Positions 48,968-62,291 of a DNA stretch of 64,000 bases are shown one piece after another (within the stretch, counting starts at the first letter, position 1; every line of letters starts with the position of its first letter). The translations under genes were made by a program, and so were the position numbers. Source of the stretch: Octopus sinensis (lineage: Eukaryota); NCBI RefSeq assembly GCF_006345805.1, contig NC_043006.1, positions 85,436,001 to 85,500,000 on the forward strand. Reading direction: 5' to 3'. The notes beneath the pieces were generated by a model that was given only the letters and a program-made list of their open reading frames with translations, had not been told where the DNA came from and searched no databases.

Positions 48968-49879
48968 CTAACCACACAAAACAAGAAAAAATAATTATTA
49001 ATAGGACATCATCATCATAATCACTGCCACCACCACCACCATTCAAACCCAAAGCCAAGGGGTTGGAAAGCAGGTTTCTAAACCACTGTGCTGTGACTGT
49101 GCCTATATGCATATATATGATAGGCTTCTTTCAGTTTCCATTTAGCAAACATACTCACAAAACATTGGTTGGCCTGAGGCTATAGTAGAAGACACTTGCC
49201 CGAGGTGCCATGTAGTAGAACTGAGCCTGAAACCATGTGGTTGGGAAACAAACATTTTAGCCACACAGACACATCTGTACCTATCTACATCATCATCATT
49301 GTTTTAACATGGAATGGATGGAATTTTGTTGAGATGGATTTTCTACAGCTGGGTGCTCTTCCTGTCACTAATCCTCACCTATACAAATACACCATTTGTA
49401 TTATCTTTTCCAGAATTATTACTTACCCAATCACATCTTCCTTTCTTGAGTTTACTCATTAATATATGTTAGAAATACTACATAGAAAATAGCAATCACA
49501 CACTAGGTCAGGTCAGTTGGTCGATTAATCAATTGATCAATTATCATCATCATCATTTAACAACTGCTTTCCATGTCGGCATGGGTAGGATGGTTTGATA
49601 GGGAACCAGCAAGGCTGCGTCAGGCTCCAATGCATCTTTGACATGGTTTCTGCAGCTGGATGCCCTTCCTAAAGCCAACCACTTTACAAAGAGTACTGGG
49701 TGCTTTTTAATGTGGCACCGGCATTAGAGAGGTGACCTTGTAATTTGCAAGGCAGAAAAGAACAGAGAAGGAGGAGAAAGAAAGGGAGGAAAAGCTCCCA
49801 CTTCTAAGAGGTCATCTCATATAAAACATTATAGTGAAAAAGAGTTGGAAAAATTTATTAAAAATATTTCATAACTCAC

Positions 49880-50029
49880 CATCTCATCTGCACCAATAAC
49901 ACTCACTCTACCTTCCAGGTAGTTTTCTCGACTTGCTTGGAATTTTCCTTGCTTGTATTTACCAAGTTTAATACCTTTCTGTATCTCAGAGTATGATAAA
50001 TGCTCTGGGAATAAAGTTCTTCCAATAGG
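49880..50029 (-). CDS. DIS3: DIS3 exon 6 (CSD1)
   Basis: PIGRTLFPEHLSYSEIQKGIKLGKYKQGKFQASRENYLEGRVSVIGADEM-gtgag; 150 nt. Confidence 0.93.
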
Positions 50030-50939
50030 CTAAAAAGAAGAAAAATAAAATAAATAAGCAAAAATACTGATAAGCTACAGAACATTTGTATCATATCAAT
50101 ATTTTGTTAACAAAAGGCAGCGAGCCAGCAGAAACATTAGCACACCCGGTGAAATTCTTAGCGCTATTTTATCTGTCTTTACGTTCTGAGTTCAAATTCT
50201 GCCGAGGTTGACTTTACCTTTCATCCTTTCAGGGTCAACAGATTAAGTACCAGTTGCATACTTGGATTGATCAAATCAACTGGCCCCCTCCCCAAAAATT
50301 TCGGGGCGTGTGCCTAGAGTAGAAAAACATATTTTGTTATCATAAGGCAGCAAGCTGGCAGAATCATTAGCACACCAGGTAAAATGCTTGGCAGCTTTTC
50401 ATCCATCTTTATGTTTTGAGTTCAAATTCTACCAAGGTTGACTTCGTCTTTCATCCTTTTGGGATTGATAAAACAAGTACCATTTGAGCACTGGAGCTGA
50501 TTTAATTTACTTACTCAACCCCCTAAAATTGCTGGCCTTAGAGTCATATGCTTTTATTGAAGCCAATAAAATCTTCACTCACTATTACTCAGAGTTTCAT
50601 GTTATCATTTGCTGGCCAGTTGCGATCATACTGTCTGACAAACAGCAACATGAAACTCTGAGCAACAGTTTCTGAAAATATTTTTGGCTTTAATAAAAGT
50701 ATCTACACACACACACACACAACAGGTTTTTGCATAATTTCTGTGTACCTAATTTACTAACAAGGCCAGGGCTATAGTAGAAGACACTTGCTCAAGTGGG
50801 ACTGAATCTAAAACCAGGTAATAGCAAAGTGAACCATGATTGCATGGTTCTTAACAATGCGGTTATGTTGACACCTATATCACTTTTTTGGGGGGTCTTT
50901 CATTTTGATATATGATGAAAAAACACTTGTAATATTTAC

Positions 50940-51016
50940 ATGATTGTTTTCTTCGTGAGATGCCAATTTGTCAAGTAGATGAGTAGCATTTTTCAAATTC
51001 TTGATGTAGTAGTTCA
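50940..51016 (-). CDS. DIS3: DIS3 exon 5
   Basis: ttttcag-(M)NYYIKNLKNATHLLDKLASHEENNH-gtaaat; 77 nt, phases fit neighbouring exons. Confidence 0.85.
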
Positions 51017-51436
51017 CTGAAAAGAAAAATCACATTGAATTATATTTTTTATATATCATTATTTTAAATGAAAAAAAAAAAAAGTAGGGTGGTGAGGTGG
51101 CAGAATTGCTAGTACACAGGGCAAAATGCTTAGTGGCATTTTGTCCATTTTTATGTTCTGAGTTCAAATTCTGCCAAGGACAACTTTGCCTTTCATTCTT
51201 TTGGGGTCAATAAAATAAATACCAGTGGAACACTGGGGTTGATCAATGTAATCAACTAGTCTCCTCCCCCATAATTTCAGGCTTTGTGCCTTTAGTAGAG
51301 AGAATTAGTTTCAATAAAATGCTAATGACTATTTAACGGAAAAAAATTGTTAAAACTTCATTTTAAAATAATTTTTGACTTATTTTAGTTGAGTTCCAAT
51401 TTCCAGACAGACAGACACACAGAAAACCCAACTTAC

Positions 51437-51633
51437 TACTAAATCCAAGAATCCCATCTTCCTCCGCTTTCTGCTTGTTGGTGACATCATCAGAGAGAAG
51501 AACAACTTTTATATTATTTTTGCCATTGCTGACAGAATCTAAATGTTCTTGGTACCACTTTGTGGCCTCTCGGATGGCACGGTCATTACGATCATTAGAA
51601 GATTCTCCTGCTTCACGTTCAATGTATGTTGAC
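51437..51633 (-). CDS. DIS3: DIS3 exon 4 (PIN NDRNDR, LSDD)
   Basis: STYIEREAGESSNDRNDRAIREATKWYQEHL...VVLLSDD...GILGFS; AG/GT flanks; 197 nt. Confidence 0.94.
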
Positions 51634-51669
51634 CTAAAAAGAAAGAAATGAACCAATGCTGTAAATTAA

Positions 51670-51890
51670 CCCTTTCGTTACTGTATTTATTTTGAGATGC
51701 TCTGTATTTCTTTTAATTACTTTGATTATAACAAATAATTTAGTAAAATAACTTAGTTATCATTCAGCTAGTGTTAGGAACATAAATTGTGACTAAAGTT
51801 TGGTGGAAGATTTTAATTCAAAATTTATGAAAACAAGACCTTTGTACTACAGAGCCAGAGCTAGTTTCAGCCGGGTTAGTAATGAAAGGG
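51670..51890. mobile_element. piggyBac-like MITE
   Basis: TTAA on both sides (51666-51669, 51891-51894); TIRs CCCTTTCGTTACT / AGTAATGAAAGGG. Confidence 0.85.
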
Positions 51891-52268
51891 TTAATTAACA
51901 AGCTACATACAATAATGATTCAAGACACAACTAACTTATAAAAGAAAAAAGTGTGAATCTAATCTCTGTTCAGGATGGTTGACACTTCCTCTTGTATAGA
52001 CTTCTTCCTTTTCTGGCAGAGTAACTCTGTTTTTACCCCCACAAGTTTCAACGAAAATTAACCCTTTAGCACTTAAACTGGTCAAAATATTCACTCAATT
52101 TTAGGTCCAAACTGGCCAGATCCAGTCTCTCAAACCTACTCTACAATGTCATTTTAAGAATAAAGTTACAAGATAATGAAGATTAATTCAAAATAGTAAA
52201 TAAACATTACTTTCACAGAGTAATCTGAAAAAGTAGTGGGTTACGGAAGGTCTGGAGAGAATTAACAA

Positions 52269-52273
<5 letters not shown>

Positions 52274-52336
<63 letters not shown>
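52274..52336. repeat. (TA)n microsatellite, representative of many; (GA)n tracts at about 24381-24440 and 47664-47703
   Basis: Direct inspection. Confidence 0.95.
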
Positions 52337-52339
<3 letters not shown>

Positions 52340-53061
52340 AAGTGGATGGCACATGTGGAAGATGGAGACCCAACCCAGAAACAGCAGCACACATGTTTCT
52401 GGCCTATTTCTTGTTAACTCTCTCTCTTTCTCTCTCTGGCTGGATAACCATGTACCTCCTCTACAGCAAGACATGTTTCTGTCTCTGTGTTACACTCTGA
52501 CCTTACATAATCTGACACAAGATCACCTCTTCCAATCCTCCCCCACCAATCTCAAAGATTTCTTGACTTGCAAAGTTACTTGGTGACCCTGCCAGTGTAG
52601 GTGCCACTTAAAAACGCATCCAGTCCACACTGTAAAGTGGTTGGCATTTGGAAGGGCGTCCAGCTGTAAAAACCATGCCAAAACAGACACAGAAGTATGG
52701 TGCAAGCTTCTGTCAAACCATCCAAGCCATTGCTGGCATGGAAGGCGGACAGTAAATAATGATTATGATGATACCAATGGTGACAGAGCTATTAAAAAAA
52801 AATAATACCAAATTATAAATTACATCTTAGTCCAATAATCCATTGGATTATAGAGGCATTGCTTAAACACTACCTTCATGAAGTGTTCCAAATGTAAGTC
52901 AACTTGAAAGAACTGCTAGTACTCTTCAAGTAACACTTATGCAATTAAAGATTAGGTTTACAATGATAATGGCAACATAGTTCTGAAGAGATAAGTAAAC
53001 AGCTTAATTGTTTTGGCATTATATATTTCTTAACCAAGATCAAATTCAGGAGCAACATTAA

Positions 53062-53281
53062 CCCTTTAGCATTTAAATTAGCCATATCCAGCCCAAATAT
53101 ACTACATGTTTTATGTTCACACTGACCAGATCTGGCCTCTTACACCAAACTTACAATGTCATTCTAAGAATATACAATCCCATTATCGAAATCTCAAAGC
53201 TACAAGATAATGCATGATTAATTCAAAACAATGTGATTAAATAAGCATTACATATGACAAAATAATCTGAATATTAAAGGG
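53062..53281. mobile_element. piggyBac-like MITE, second family (copies at about 38741-38967, 52058-52230, 14281-14400)
   Basis: TTAA-CCCTTTAGCATT...AATATTAAAGGG-TTAA. Confidence 0.8.
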
Positions 53282-54421
53282 TTAAAGGCTTTTCATCATT
53301 GTTTCAGATTCAGTCCCACTAAACAACACCTTGAGCAAGTAGCTTCTGTTGTAGCACTAGGTTGTGAGTGAATTTGGTAGACAAAAACTGAAGAATTTTG
53401 TTAGCTTGTTTGTCTGTTTGCATGCATGCAATTCTGGATCATACTGATACAGGTTTGTCTATACAAATAACAACAAATGGTTATATTACTATAACTAACA
53501 ATACTACCGTGATCATTGCCAGAGCGGCTAACTGGCTTCTGTGTCGGTGGCACGTAAAAGGCACCATTCGAGCATGATCATTACCAGCGTTGATTTACTG
53601 GCACCTGTGACGTTGGCATGTGTAAAAAGATTCAAGCGAGGTCGTTGCCAGTTCCACCTGACGGGCCCCCATACTGGTGGCATGTAAAAAGCACCCACTA
53701 CACTCTCAGAGTGGTTGGCGTTAGGAAGGGCATCCACCTGTAGAAACTCTGCCAGATCAAGATTGGAGCCTGGTGCAGCCATCTGGTTCGCCAGCCCTCA
53801 GTCAAAATCGTCCAACCCATGCTAGCATGGAAAGTGGACATTAAATGATGATGAATTAGTGTAGGTGCATGGCTCACATTCATGAAGTAGTGAATTTGAT
53901 TCTTGGACCAGGCAGTGTGTTTTGTTCTTGAGCAAGACAACTATTTCATGTTGCTCCAATTCACTCAGCAGTAGAAATGAGTTGTGATGTCACTAGTGAC
54001 AAACTGTATTGGTGCTTGCCTTTCCCTTGGACAACATCAGTGGTGTGGAAAGGGGTGGCTGCTGGTCTTTCATAGACAACCTTGCCTGGACTTATGCCTT
54101 TGAGGGTAACTTTTTAGGTGTAATCCCATGGTCGTTCATAACTGAAGGGGGTCTTTACCTCTTACCCTTTACTTAATTAATATAATCTAAAAAAAAGGTC
54201 AGGTGACAGAATCAGGCAAAATGCTTTGCAATGTTTTCTAGACTCTTTATAATCTACGGTTTTCAAATTTGCCTTTTATCCTTTCAGAGTTGTATCAGTC
54301 ATGTACTGGAGTTGATGGTATTGACTAACCTGCTTCCCCGCAAAACTGCTGGACTTGTGTACCTAAAATCTAAAACTATTATTTATAGTCCAAAAGAAAA
54401 TTTGTTAACAGTAAAACTTAC

Positions 54422-54516
54422 TGATGAAATTCATTTGAGAAAATATAGAAATGTTTATCTGGATGGCTTATTAAGTCTTGGAGTCGTTTATAAGCTGCGA
54501 TGTTGCGGTTCTTCAC
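54422..54516 (-). CDS. DIS3: DIS3 exon 3
   Basis: cacag-VKNRNIAAYKRLQDLISHPDKHFYIFSNEFH-gtaag; 95 nt. Confidence 0.92.
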
Positions 54517-55747
54517 CTGTGAAGAGAAAATACAAATATTAATGCCTTCAGTTAACCTGTGTTTGTAAACGGAAGTATTTGATAAATTAAGGACTCCTAA
54601 TGTTAATTTATGAACTAAGCATAAACAGTGTGAATTTTTATTGATTTTATAATAGGCACAAACATGGCTGTGTGTTAAGAAGCTTGTTTCCCAACCACAT
54701 GGTTCCAGGTTCAGTCTCACTGCATAGCACCTTGGGCAAGTGTTTTCTACTATAGCCTCAGACCAACAAAAGCCTTGAGTTGATTTGGCAGACAGAAACT
54801 GAAAGAAACCCATCATATATATCTATATGAGTGTGTCTTTGTGTGTGACCCCCATCACCTCTTGACAACTGGTGTTAGTGTGTTTATGTCCCCATAACTT
54901 AGTGGTTCAACAAGAGATCAATAGAATAAGTACTTGGCTTAAAATAAAATAAATCCATGGGTTGATTTCTTCAACTAGCACACTACAAGGCATTGTCCCA
55001 GAATGGCTGCAGTCAAATGACTGAAACAAGTGACAGATAAAAGACAAAGACATGGCTGTGAGTTACTTTCCAATCTCATGGTTTAGATGTATTTATTGCA
55101 AGAAGCAGCTAGGTTTCTTTCTCTAGTTTAGTTAGTTTGGCTGTTTTCCCAGACACTTCTTTCTCTAACATTTTACATAATGCACAAAAAACAAAATAGG
55201 AATTTTGAGAGAAGCTTCTATAAAACTAGTTTTTAAACATTGAATGGCTATGGGGATCCACAGTAATCAAAGGATCCATAGATAGAAAAAATGATTGAGA
55301 ACCCCTGATATACACAGGCACACTCACACATTTACAATTAGTTTTCACATAGTTTTTGTCTGCCAAATTTCATACACAAGGATATTTAGTCGAGGTGTTT
55401 CTCAGTGGATTGAACCAGGAACCACATAGTTGCAAAGCAAGCTTCATTACCACAAAGACATATCTACATCCACAGATGTACATTCTCTATTACATAGATG
55501 TATGCTTAGTCAAAATATTTGCACCAAGTTGACTGAATGGATTCAAAGTTAATTTAAACTCAAATTTTACAAGTAAGTGGCATTTAAATTGTTCCTAAGA
55601 AGATCTAATACAAGACCTCACATATGTAACTCTATATTTTCAAAATCATTCAACTTCTATTAGTATGGAAAAGTGAACATAAAACACTGAAGACAAAACA
55701 TAAAATGATTTGATTTTTTGGCAAAATTAAAAAAAAAACCCAATTAC

Positions 55748-55810
55748 CTCTTGCAAAACTGTTTGGAGAATTATAACATTTTTAATCATGGGATCTTCGA
55801 GGATATCCAA
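55748..55810 (-). CDS. DIS3: DIS3 exon 2
   Basis: ttttccag-LDILEDPMIKNVIILQTVLQE-gtaatt; 63 nt. Confidence 0.92.
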
Positions 55811-56127
55811 CTGGAAAATAAAAGCAAAACAAATATATAATCTCTTCACTCATAATCCACCTTTAATTTTTAATATTGTTACTCTCTACTCCTATTTTAC
55901 ACAGATCACCCTTCTGTGCTACCAAATTACCTTACATCTCTTATTCTCTCCAGCACTATATCTGCCTCACTTCTGAACAACCTTATAAAGAAAGTACCTC
56001 GTTTTCCATGAAATTCCGGTTAAATCTTAATTTGAGATGCTGAAAGAAAGTGAAAGTAAAAAAAAAAACAAAAAAAAACGGAAGTGATAAGAAGTGAAAT
56101 GTCTGTATGTGTGTGTGTCTGTGTGCC

Positions 56128-56175
56128 TGGCGATCCTTCGGTTTAACTCGACCGAGTTAAACTGAAGGATCACCA
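56128..56175. repeat. 48-bp near-perfect palindrome in DIS3 intron 1
   Basis: tggcgatccttcggtttaactcg-ac-cgagttaaactgaaggatcacca; 23-nt arms, 2 mismatches. Confidence 0.9.
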
Positions 56176-56654
56176 TGTGTCTCTGTGTCTGTGTTTGTCC
56201 TCCACCACCGCTTGACAATCAGTGTCGGTGTGTTTACGTCCTTACAATATAGCAGTTCGGCAAAAGAAAACGATAGAATAAGTACCAGGCTTTAAAAAAC
56301 GGTACAGGGGTCGATTCATCCGAGTAAAAGGTATTGAAGGCGAAACAAGATAAGGAGAAGGCTAACGATTTTGAGGGGAAAGGGTTGGTGGATATCATCG
56401 ACCTCAGTACTTGACTGGTACTTTATTTTATCGACCCCAAAGATTAAAAGCAAAGATTATTCTTTGTAACGCGCCAAGTCTCAGAACGTGACGGAATGGT
56501 TATATATATCTGTTAGATCAAGGCTGACCAATAAATAATCAACAACAACAACTGGAGTTTGAAAGATTTCGTTTTCTTAAATTTTAAAAGAAAATCCAAT
56601 TAAAAAGAAAAATGTTACAAAATATCCAGAAATAAATAAACTGTTTCACTTTAC

Positions 56655-56879
56655 CTGATGCATTATAATATTTGTATCGGGAATAAGATAATAACAGCCT
56701 TTCACAATCGTGGTTGGAATGGAGCTCTTAGTATCAAGCGGAGTACTGCCACCCATACAAGCACATTTATCACAGATCTCCGATCCACAAGAGATGTCAT
56801 CTCGAAGATAATGTTCCCGATTTATCTTCATCACACCTCCCTTCCTATTTTTCTTGAAAAATGTTTTCGTGGTGAGCAT
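56655..56879 (-). CDS. DIS3: DIS3 exon 1 (start, CR3 motif, PIN start)
   Basis: MLTTKTFFKKNRKGGVMKINREHYLRDDISCGSEICDKC...IPDTNIIMHQ then GTAAAG donor; 225 nt. Confidence 0.95.
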
Positions 56880-56974
56880 TATGAACCTATTACCATTACT
56901 AAATGTAAATTAATAAAGGATTAAACATGTGCACGCTAGTAATATAATAAGGTGAAGTTGAGATTGCACCGGCA

Positions 56975-57002
56975 ACTTCCGCTACTAACAATAATATTTC
57001 CG
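56975..57002 (-). promoter_or_regulatory. Paired ETS-type motifs in the putative DIS3 promoter
   Basis: CGGAAGT (56975-56981) and CGGAAAT (56996-57002) on the minus strand, about 100-120 bp upstream of the ATG; typical of housekeeping promoters. TSS unknown. Confidence 0.4.
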
Positions 57003-57989
57003 TTTGGGTCATTTTATTTTTATTTTTAATTAATAATATAGTAAAATTCTATGACAGTATTATTAATCGTAGAATTAAGAAGAAATATAAAAACAAGAAT
57101 CTGGTTAATATTTATTATTCTTTCTTTGGTAAAGTAACACAATCTTAATATATTTAAGTATTAAATTCATTAGGAACTTTTTTGAAATACATCACCGGTT
57201 TAGAAAATTAACTTATTTTTCGGACACCTTGTCCGTGTTACTTTTTTTGTTTGTGTCGGGCACTGATCTTGTGCATATTTTTACAATGGGGGAGTTTGAG
57301 TTCAACACTTAAATCTAACAAAACACTTGTCCCTTATGCGGAGTTTCTACTATTTACTGCAGTGACTTATATCTCATATTCGTACTAATTATGCGTAAGT
57401 GGATGGGTCTTTGAAGTTCAGTGATTTTGTTGACAAAATATGAACCTTCGACCTTCCGTCTAGTAGACTGACGCCTTGTTTGTCGCACTGGAAAGCGAAT
57501 GGTCTATTCATAAACTATTTCCACACTTTATATATCTAATATATATGTGCAAATGTAGATGGTTGAGTTAATAGGTTGCCGCATACTCTTGCAAGTTGTA
57601 CTTTATTAACGAAACTGTAGCAAGCATGTTCACAGTTCGGCTTGTAAAAACTAACACTTCCTTTCTCGGGGCTTAGATTCGAAACCGAATCTAAGGATTC
57701 TCGCTCCTCTGATCTACTCCTGACCAAACAGGCTCGAAAGAAATTTCTTTGTCTTGTCAAAAAATGATGGATCATTTCCCTTCGACATGTCAGGTGAAAT
57801 TCAAATGGACAGGAGTTGACCTATTTAGGTACAATTTCTCCTGTGGTATCTCTGTCCTTCTAGCTGCCACGACTTGTTATAAATACAGTAATCCGTAAAG
57901 AGACAGACCGTCAAGCCAGAGGCGCGCCACGAAATAGGCCAATATTTTCTCAGATATTCAACATGAACTACTGGTGTGGATGACCAACG

Positions 57990-59460
57990 CAGACACAAAA
58001 CATATTCAGTTTTATCCTATCGACTCAGCGACGAACACATCCACGGTTGACATGGCATTCTAGGTGGCGATTATGTTGAGGATTCCCCCACTTAGGACGC
58101 ACGACCCTGCATTATGATTTCACCATATAGAGGCCCAATTTTCTTCCCACTGAATAGTGAGTGATGCGTCTCGACTTACGCATGTGATTGGTTCCGTATC
58201 GCCAGCGATCATGAACGTGGTCCATGATCTCATTATGGCACCACCTGGTTCAGTGTCATAAGACACTTTAAAATCTACCTTAATCAACAGAACTTCAGAG
58301 TCCCAACAAAAGCAATTCCACCAGCTCCTTACATTGGAAGAATTGGGCGATAGAATGCCTTCTCAGCTTCTACGATGAATGAAGCAGCTTCTTGGAGATG
58401 AGATCCTCCCCAAAAAGATTTTTAAACAGCTTTTTCTCCAGCGTCTGCCCTCCAACACACAGGTGGTCCTCACTTCCACACAAGAATCCACTACCATTGA
58501 GGAAATGGTGACAAAATAGCCGAGGTACTACATAGCATAGATATTCAACAGTATCGACGGTGACACCAGCTGTTCCCCCTACAAATCCTTTCCTTTCCTT
58601 GACCAGTTCTGAAATTTTTAACTTGTGCTCACTGATGATGCAGCAGGCAGCACAGATACAGGCTCTGACAACAACGATACAGGCCCTATCACTTGGTACA
58701 CAGTGTCAAAGTAACAGCCGATTGCATCAATTTAGTAGATAGTCCCAAGCCCGAGTGCCACCCACAACTTGCATGAAGCAAGTTGGTACAACCGAAAGTT
58801 CGGAACACGGGCGCAGAAGTGCATGATCCCATGCTTGTTTTCAGTATCCAGTTTGGGAAACGACACAGCCAGGAATTAAATGCGATGGAAGTTCCTGGAT
58901 CTTACCCACAAAGTTGCCTGTTTTCCGCTTGCAATTACATAACAGGCACATGTTTCTTTGTTGACATCGGTGCGGAAATCAGCATAATCCCTGTTTCCAG
59001 CACTTCAAGCAAAAGAAAAGAGACACCAGTTTGTCTTCATGCAGTCAACCACTCACCGATTCCAACCTATGGTGAACAGTCCCTAACACAGATCTTAGGT
59101 CTTTGCTTCACCTTCCAATGGGTATTTGTCATTGCTAAAGTGCTGACATCCTATCTTAGGAGCTGATTTTCTGCATCATTTCGGTCTCCTGGTGGACATC
59201 AAACACAGAAAACTTGTTGACAGTACCACACAGCTCACTGTGCATGGTATAGCCACTCATATGGCCACAGTCAGCCCAACTATTTTGCTAATAATGACAA
59301 CTTGTCACAGTGCTATCCTTAAAGAATACCCGGACGTCCCTCGACCATAGTCTGCCTATAAAACATGAAATTGCCACCACATCAAGACCAGTGGTCCACC
59401 TGTTGCTGCACGACCCCGAAGGTTACCACCAGATCATCTCAAGGCCATCAAGCAAGAATC
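57990..59460 (+). mobile_element. Decayed Ty3/Gypsy LTR retrotransposon gag-protease region
   Basis: Gag-like RIPP...DPAL*F..IEAQF, LGDRMPSQLLR, LFLQRLP; protease FFVDIGAEISIIP; HHIKTSGPPVAARPRRLPP. Multiple stops; LTRs not delimited. Confidence 0.85.
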
Positions 59461-60269
59461 CTTAGTGTTAGTTTTTACACTAAATCTTAGCACCACTTAC
59501 CATTTTCTGTACTTATCGACCCCCCCCCCCCATCCCTCAAAACCCTCACTAATTCTGAATTGTTTTTGTTATAACAAGACTCAGGTTAAGAACAACTGGT
59601 ATAAAGCTTAGATATTATTAATGTGTAAAGACAAACATCTTTTTCAGTTAATAGATTATAAACAAGTTTGATCCACAGTTTTTATATATATGAAATAATG
59701 TGGTTCTTAAAAATCAAGAGACATGCTGAAACATTATCAAATCATTATAGTAACATACTAAGAAATATTAACTTAATTTTAAAAATTTTAGCAAGATGAA
59801 AAGTGTTTAAAAATAGGAAAAGATATGTATGTAACAGGTTCTACTATTACTCAATTTAATAAAGTCCCAAAAAAATTAAAATACAGGTTGGAAAAATAAA
59901 AGACTTTAACAATAAAACGAAATTTTTAATATTAAATGTTTATGTTAAAAATATAGTAAAATTTTTCGTAAGAAACAATTATAATATAAAACTAAATGTT
60001 AAACTAAAATCCAGATTCAAGTATTACAGAAAGCTATTCAAAATCTTTTCTTTTTTAAAGAGACTTTTTATATTTTTGCACAAATGAACACAATATTTTA
60101 TTGTACAAACTTTTTGTATAACTTTTCTTTTAATTTAACTTTTATTCTTAATTTTTTTCAGAACTTTTTACTCCAAGTGTTCTAACTTGGGCCTTGACAT
60201 TACCTTACATGTGCCTTATCTTTTCTCTTTTTTCACATATTTTTGTTGTTCACTGCACATGAAATAATT

Positions 60270-62291
60270 TGCAAAGAGTGCAAAGAAATGGAAGTATCTT
60301 GACGAATATATTTGATTTAGATTCATGTCCCTCCAAAAGGGTGATACAGAAGTCCCCCAGTGTGTGATATGTTACAAAACTTTGAGCAGTGATGGAATGC
60401 GACCCTCCCACTTGGAATGCTACTTGAAGACAACACATCCTGCTCTTGCAGACAAGCCCAAGGCATTATTTGAAACAAAAAGACATTCCTTGAAGCAAGC
60501 TAAGTTGAATGGTAGTTGGGCATTTTGGTAATGAATTTCAACGGTTGTTGAGGCTTCCTATGAGATTGCCATGTTGATTGCAAAAAGTGAGAAGAACCAT
60601 AACATTGGAGAGTCTCTCATAAGACCAATGCAGCAGAACTCTGAGGAAAGATAGTGCAAACAAGCTTTCCTGGGATTCACTATTAAATGAGACAGTCAAG
60701 AGAAGGATCAATGACTTGTCTCAAGACATCAAAGATCAAATTCTCGATCAAGTAAAAGATTCTCCTGTTTTTGCGATCCAGTGTGATGAAACGACTGACA
60801 TTGCTCAGTGTTCTCAGGTACTGGTATATGTTCATTTTGTGTCAGGCAACTGTGTAAAAGAGGAAATGTTGTTCTTGTCACCCTATGGATAGTTGTACAA
60901 TAGCAGCAGCTATTTTTCATGATGTATCAAACTTCTTTCAGGAAAACCAACTTTCGTGGGATTCACTGGTAGAGGTATGCACTGATGGAGCTCCAGCCAT
61001 GCTTGGTCTGCAGTCTGGTTTCATTATTAGGGTGAGAGGAAAAAATCCATCTGCTGTAGGTACACACTGCATACTTCATCGTGAAGTCTTAGCATCCAGA
61101 ACCTTACCTACTGAAATGAGAAATGTCCTGAACATGGCTATCAAAGTTGTCAACTTTGTTAGAGTTGGAACCTTAAACAGTCATCTTTTCAAACTGTTGT
61201 GTAAAGATACGGAATCTGAACAAGAAGCATTGCTTTTTCACATGAATGTATGATGGCTATCAAAGGGGAACATACTTGGATGGCTTTATGAACTACTAGA
61301 AGTAGCAGTATTTCTAGATTTACAACAGAAGGCAGATCTCCATGACAAGTTCCAGCCTGAAGGCTTTCAGCTATCTCTAGCTTACCTGGTGGACATCTTT
61401 GAAGCGTTGAATGCTTTCGGCTTTAAACTATAATGGAAAAACATCAACATTCTCATGCACCATGACACCATTTGAACCTTTATGGTCAAACTCGACCTCT
61501 GGAAATGTTGAATTCAGTAGGGAAATACAGCCATTTTTAGTTACTTGGATTCTGCTCTCATTCACGGTAACCTTGATTCTGAGTTAAAGAAACAAATAAT
61601 CACTCGTCTAACTGACTTGAAAATAGAATTCATCAGATAATTCCCAGATGTAGATGGAAAGTTTGAAGCTTGGAATGTCATCAGGGACCCATTTCAGTGT
61701 GAAGTGACTGATGTTTTGGATGAAGTACAAGAGGAATTTCTTGAGCTGAAGTTCAACTCTCCAGCCAAGGAAGACTTTAAAGAACGTTCCGGATCGAGTG
61801 CCTTCCTGTTTATCCTCTGATCTCACATCAGGCTTTTTGGATTTTAGCTATGTTTGGATCCACGTATCTTTGTGAAGCTGCATTTTCCATGCTTGTTGCT
61901 GTCAAGACCAAGTACAGAAACAGGCTGAATGTTGAAAGGGACTTAGGTTGTGCACTCTCTGGCATTCAACTATGCATTCAAGATCTTGTAGCTAAGAAGC
62001 AGTGTCAAGAATCTCACTAATAATGTGACTAATTCATATTAAAAAAAAAAAAAAAAACTTTTTTTTTGCTAAGAATCAGTGTCAAGTATCTCACTTTTTG
62101 TATAATGTGATTATATATTAAATTATACATATTTTGTATAATGTGACTAATTCATATTCAAGAAAAAGGTAAAAAGCACATTTTAGATTTTATTTAAAAT
62201 CTGGGAGAGAATTTTATAGATGCAAGGGGGACGTGGAGAGAAGGACAAATTCCTAGGGGAGGTGGGGTAGTAAAAAGGTTAAGAACTTCTG
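60270..62291 (+). mobile_element. Decayed hAT transposon (Buster/Charlie, ZBED8/SCAND3-like transposase)
   Basis: BED finger PQCVIC...HL..TH, FAIQCDETTD, VCTDGAPAM, HCILHRE, WLSKG, STYLCEAAFS..KTKYRNRL. Many stops; 3' TIR-like aaaaaggttaagaacttctg at about 62272-62291. Confidence 0.9.

Larger units (their letters stand above)
17628..56879 (-). other. DIS3: DIS3/RRP44 exosome catalytic subunit gene, 23 coding exons, 949 aa
   Basis: Manual splicing of 23 GT-AG exons gives a continuous 2850-nt frame with matching phases. Motifs: CR3 (CGSEICDKC), PIN acidic residues (PDTN, LQE, NDRNDR, LSDD), [23 protein letters not shown]1 domain, C-terminal KKRK. Confidence 0.96.

Noticed and set aside
60270-62020. 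Domesticated ZBED8/SCAND3-like gene
   Set aside because: Numerous in-frame stops and frameshifts indicate a decayed transposase.
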